DNA of 64,000 bases from assembly GCA_963710375.1 (NCBI GenBank), contig CAVPZX010000003.1, positions 320,001 to 384,000 on the forward strand. The letters run 5' to 3'. A model generated the notes under the pieces. It did not search any database. It was not told the origin of the DNA and saw only the letters and a list, made by a program, of their open reading frames with translations. Shown here piece by piece: positions 61,783 through 64,000 of the stretch; the first letter of the stretch is position 1; every line of letters begins with the position of its first letter. The translations under genes were made by a program, and so were the position numbers. The stretch comes from Nitrospirota bacterium. Lineage in GTDB: Bacteria > Nitrospirota > Thermodesulfovibrionia > Thermodesulfovibrionales > Dissulfurispiraceae.

Positions 61783-61838
61783 ATAGCTGACAGCTGATAG
61801 CTCGTAGCTCATAGTCTTTTTATTAGCAATGAGCCATC
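61783..61838. repeat. Heptamer repeats (ATAGCTG) with a degenerate inverse
   Basis: atagctg acagctg atagctc gtagctc atag ... tattagc aatgagc catc. Confidence 0.6.
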
Positions 61839-63072
61839 ATGGGTTTACAGTAAGGATAGTCCTTACAACATCAGGATAATGTGCAATAAGCCTTAACTCA
61901 TCATCGGTGAGGGGTTTCTGTGTATGGAGGTTTGCATACTGCGCAAGTTCGAGTATCCTCCTGGCCTCGTTGTCATCATGGAATGCTATGCCGAGCTTCG
62001 AGTATACATGCCTGAACCCTTTAATGCCGCCATATTCACCGGTCGTAATGATTCTGCCCGTCTCGGTGAGTTCGGGTTCGCCTCTTCCCACGTCCTCAGG
62101 GTCGTACAATTCATAGTTTCTCTTGCCTTTCAAGATACCGTCGGCATGAATGCCTGATTCATGCGCAAAGGTGTTAGCGCCGACACCAGGCTGGTTGATA
62201 GGGATAGGGAGATTGAAGGCATAGGACGCATACTTCGCAATCTTCCAGGATTTTTTCAGATCTACATGCTCGTCCAGAGGCGCATTATCTTTCACGCCAT
62301 GTGAGTACTTTAGCGCCAGGACAGTGGATACAAGGTCACAGTTGCCTGCACGCTCACCGTAGCCATTGATCGTCGTATTGATGTAAGAGTCAACACCGGC
62401 ATCTATGGCGCCCCGCGCGCCCGCCACCGAGACGGCCTCCGCCATTCCAAGGTCGTTGTGGCAGTGCATTTCGACATGGAATTTTGTCGCAGTGGAAAGC
62501 GCTTTTATCCTCTCATATATAGTAATCGGGTCGTCTATGCCAAGAGTGTCGGAGTACCTGAATCTGTCCGCCCCCGACTCCTTGCCCATGAGTGAAAATT
62601 CGATGAGCCGGTCGAGTTTGGTCCTCGATGCATCCTCGGCAGTTACCCCTATCGTTTCAGCACCAAGTTCCCTGGCAAGCTTAAGCGATTCTGAAACCGT
62701 TTTTAAAATGTTCCCCCATGACTTCTTCCCCTGGAATTTCCCTTGCAGCATGACGTCGGAAGTCGGCATAGAGATGCTCAGATGTTTTATAGCGGGGCAA
62801 TTCTTAAAAGTGAGTTTTACGTCTTCGGGAATCGCACGGCACCAGCCTTCAAGGTGTAATCTTTTGATCGCTCCCTGCCTGGCCAGCAGGAGGTTCGCAT
62901 TAATATAGTTGATCTCATGTTTAAGAGTCGGGAACCCGATCTCGCTCTGATAGATGCCCATTTCGTCGAGATAAATATTCAGCATGGTCTTCGACAACTT
63001 TGGCAGAAGGATTCTTGATGTCTGGACGCCGTCCCTGTTAGTAACGTCTATGAGATAAACTTTGCCGCTCAT
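61837..63072 (-). CDS. Homocitrate/Re-citrate synthase-like enzyme (DRE-TIM LeuA family, no regulatory domain)
   Basis: DVTNRDGVQT, EIGFP, AEDASR, HCHNDLG, NGYGERAGN, FAHESGIH.DG. Confidence 0.8.
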   Translation of the reverse strand: MSGKVYLIDVTNRDGVQTSRILLPKLSKTMLNIYLDEMGIYQSEIGFPTLKHEINYINANLLLARQGAIKRLHLEGWCRAIPEDVKLTFKNCPAIKHLSISMPTSDVMLQGKFQGKKSWGNILKTVSESLKLARELGAETIGVTAEDASRTKLDRLIEFSLMGKESGADRFRYSDTLGIDDPITIYERIKALSTATKFHVEMHCHNDLGMAEAVSVAGARGAIDAGVDSYINTTINGYGERAGNCDLVSTVLALKYSHGVKDNAPLDEHVDLKKSWKIAKYASYAFNLPIPINQPGVGANTFAHESGIHADGILKGKRNYELYDPEDVGRGEPELTETGRIITTGEYGGIKGFRHVYSKLGIAFHDDNEARRILELAQYANLHTQKPLTDDELRLIAHYPDVVRTILTVNP

Positions 63073-63108
63073 GCGTTCCTTAAGGCAGAGAGGGACGTTG
63101 AGGTACGG

Positions 63109-63597
63109 TCATTTTTTACGGGCAATCTCACGGGCGATGGCAACTTTGCCGGTCCTTACGAATTCCTTTATCCCCATAGGTTTCATGATTTCGATAAATG
63201 CCTCTATCTTTTTCTCATCACCGGTAATCTCAATGGTATAGGTATTAATACTGGAATCAACCACTCTGCCCCTGAAGATTTCGGCTGTCCTCAGCACTTC
63301 AGCCTTGTTCTCCTGCCTGGGGGAGACTTTGATAAGCACCATTTCTCTTTCAACATGGTCCAGTTCGGTGAGGTCAGTGACCTTTATGACATCGATCAGT
63401 TTGTTGAGCTGTTTATTTATCTGCTCGATGATCCAATCGTCGCCTGAGGTGACAATTGTCATTATCGATACCTGGGGATCTATGGTCTCTGCAACTGAAA
63501 GGCTCTCAATATTATATCCACGACCGCTGAAGAGACCTGAAACTCTCGAAAGAACACCGAATTTATTTTCAACATGCACTGATATTGTGTGCCTCAT
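63109..63597 (-). CDS. ilvN: Acetolactate synthase small subunit
   Basis: [38 protein letters not shown]. Confidence 0.96.
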   Translation of the reverse strand: MRHTISVHVENKFGVLSRVSGLFSGRGYNIESLSVAETIDPQVSIMTIVTSGDDWIIEQINKQLNKLIDVIKVTDLTELDHVEREMVLIKVSPRQENKAEVLRTAEIFRGRVVDSSINTYTIEITGDEKKIEAFIEIMKPMGIKEFVRTGKVAIAREIARKK

Positions 63598-63609
63598 GTA
63601 TTTTCCTCC

Positions 63610-64000
63610 TTACTTCACCGCTTTAAGTTTTCTGGGCGCTTTCTTCTCCTGTTCCTCAAAGAGCATATTATCTATCGAGGCGCCTGCAGGGACCATCGGG
63701 TATACCTTCTCTTTCCAATCAACAACGAAGTCCATGAACACAGGCCTCTTGACTTTGAATGCCTCTTTGAGAACCGGCTCGACTTCACCGGGTTTGGTGG
63801 CCCGCAGCCCGACTGCTCCATATGCATGAGCAAGTTCAACGAAATCCGGAGTGACGTCAAGATTGGTGTGTGAGTAACGCTCCTGATAAAAGAGTTCCTG
63901 CCACTGCCTCACCATTCCGAGGTAGCGGTTTTTCAGTATGGCAACCTTTACCGGCAGTTTATAAATGACCGCAGTAGCCAATTCCTGTATATTCATCTGT
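63610..64000 (-). CDS. ilvB: Acetolactate synthase large subunit, C-terminal part (truncated by window edge)
   Basis: [34 protein letters not shown]. Confidence 0.93.
   Translation of the reverse strand, partial: QMNIQELATAVIYKLPVKVAILKNRYLGMVRQWQELFYQERYSHTNLDVTPDFVELAHAYGAVGLRATKPGEVEPVLKEAFKVKRPVFMDFVVDWKEKVYPMVPAGASIDNMLFEEQEKKAPRKLKAVK

Overview
A bacterial chromosomal window of about 50 CDS, mostly housekeeping: gspL/M/N-like, ribF-coaE-mutS, ispE, tRNA-Gln-prs-rplY-pth-pepA, moeA, hypD, rny-ymdB with a probable 6S RNA, nadA, rplU-rpmA-obgE-proB, glyQS, deaD, yacG, dapB, ilvB-ilvN. Gene content suggests an anaerobic Nitrospirota/deltaproteobacterium-like organism (inference only). Signalling genes are interspersed: four HDOD proteins, an HD-GYP protein, three near-identical hybrid histidine kinases and a Cache/MCP pair. 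The best candidate for an undescribed system is a two-gene RiPP-like locus. A radical SAM/SPASM enzyme (15150-16448) is followed 1 nt later by a 20-aa ORF absent from the ORF track, MVIKKIAKKTATTCKCKGSC (16450-16512), which has a perfect Shine-Dalgarno and a candidate internal promoter. Other notable items: (i) a tandemly duplicated HDOD/GAF-like plus small P-loop NTPase module, one copy frameshifted; (ii) about ten intergenic hairpins, each built from a different 6-8-nt tandem repeat and its inverse; (iii) three families of roughly 180-bp inverted-repeat miniature elements; (iv) mosaic hybrid kinases lying as inverted repeats. All calls come from reading the sequence; no database searches were run.
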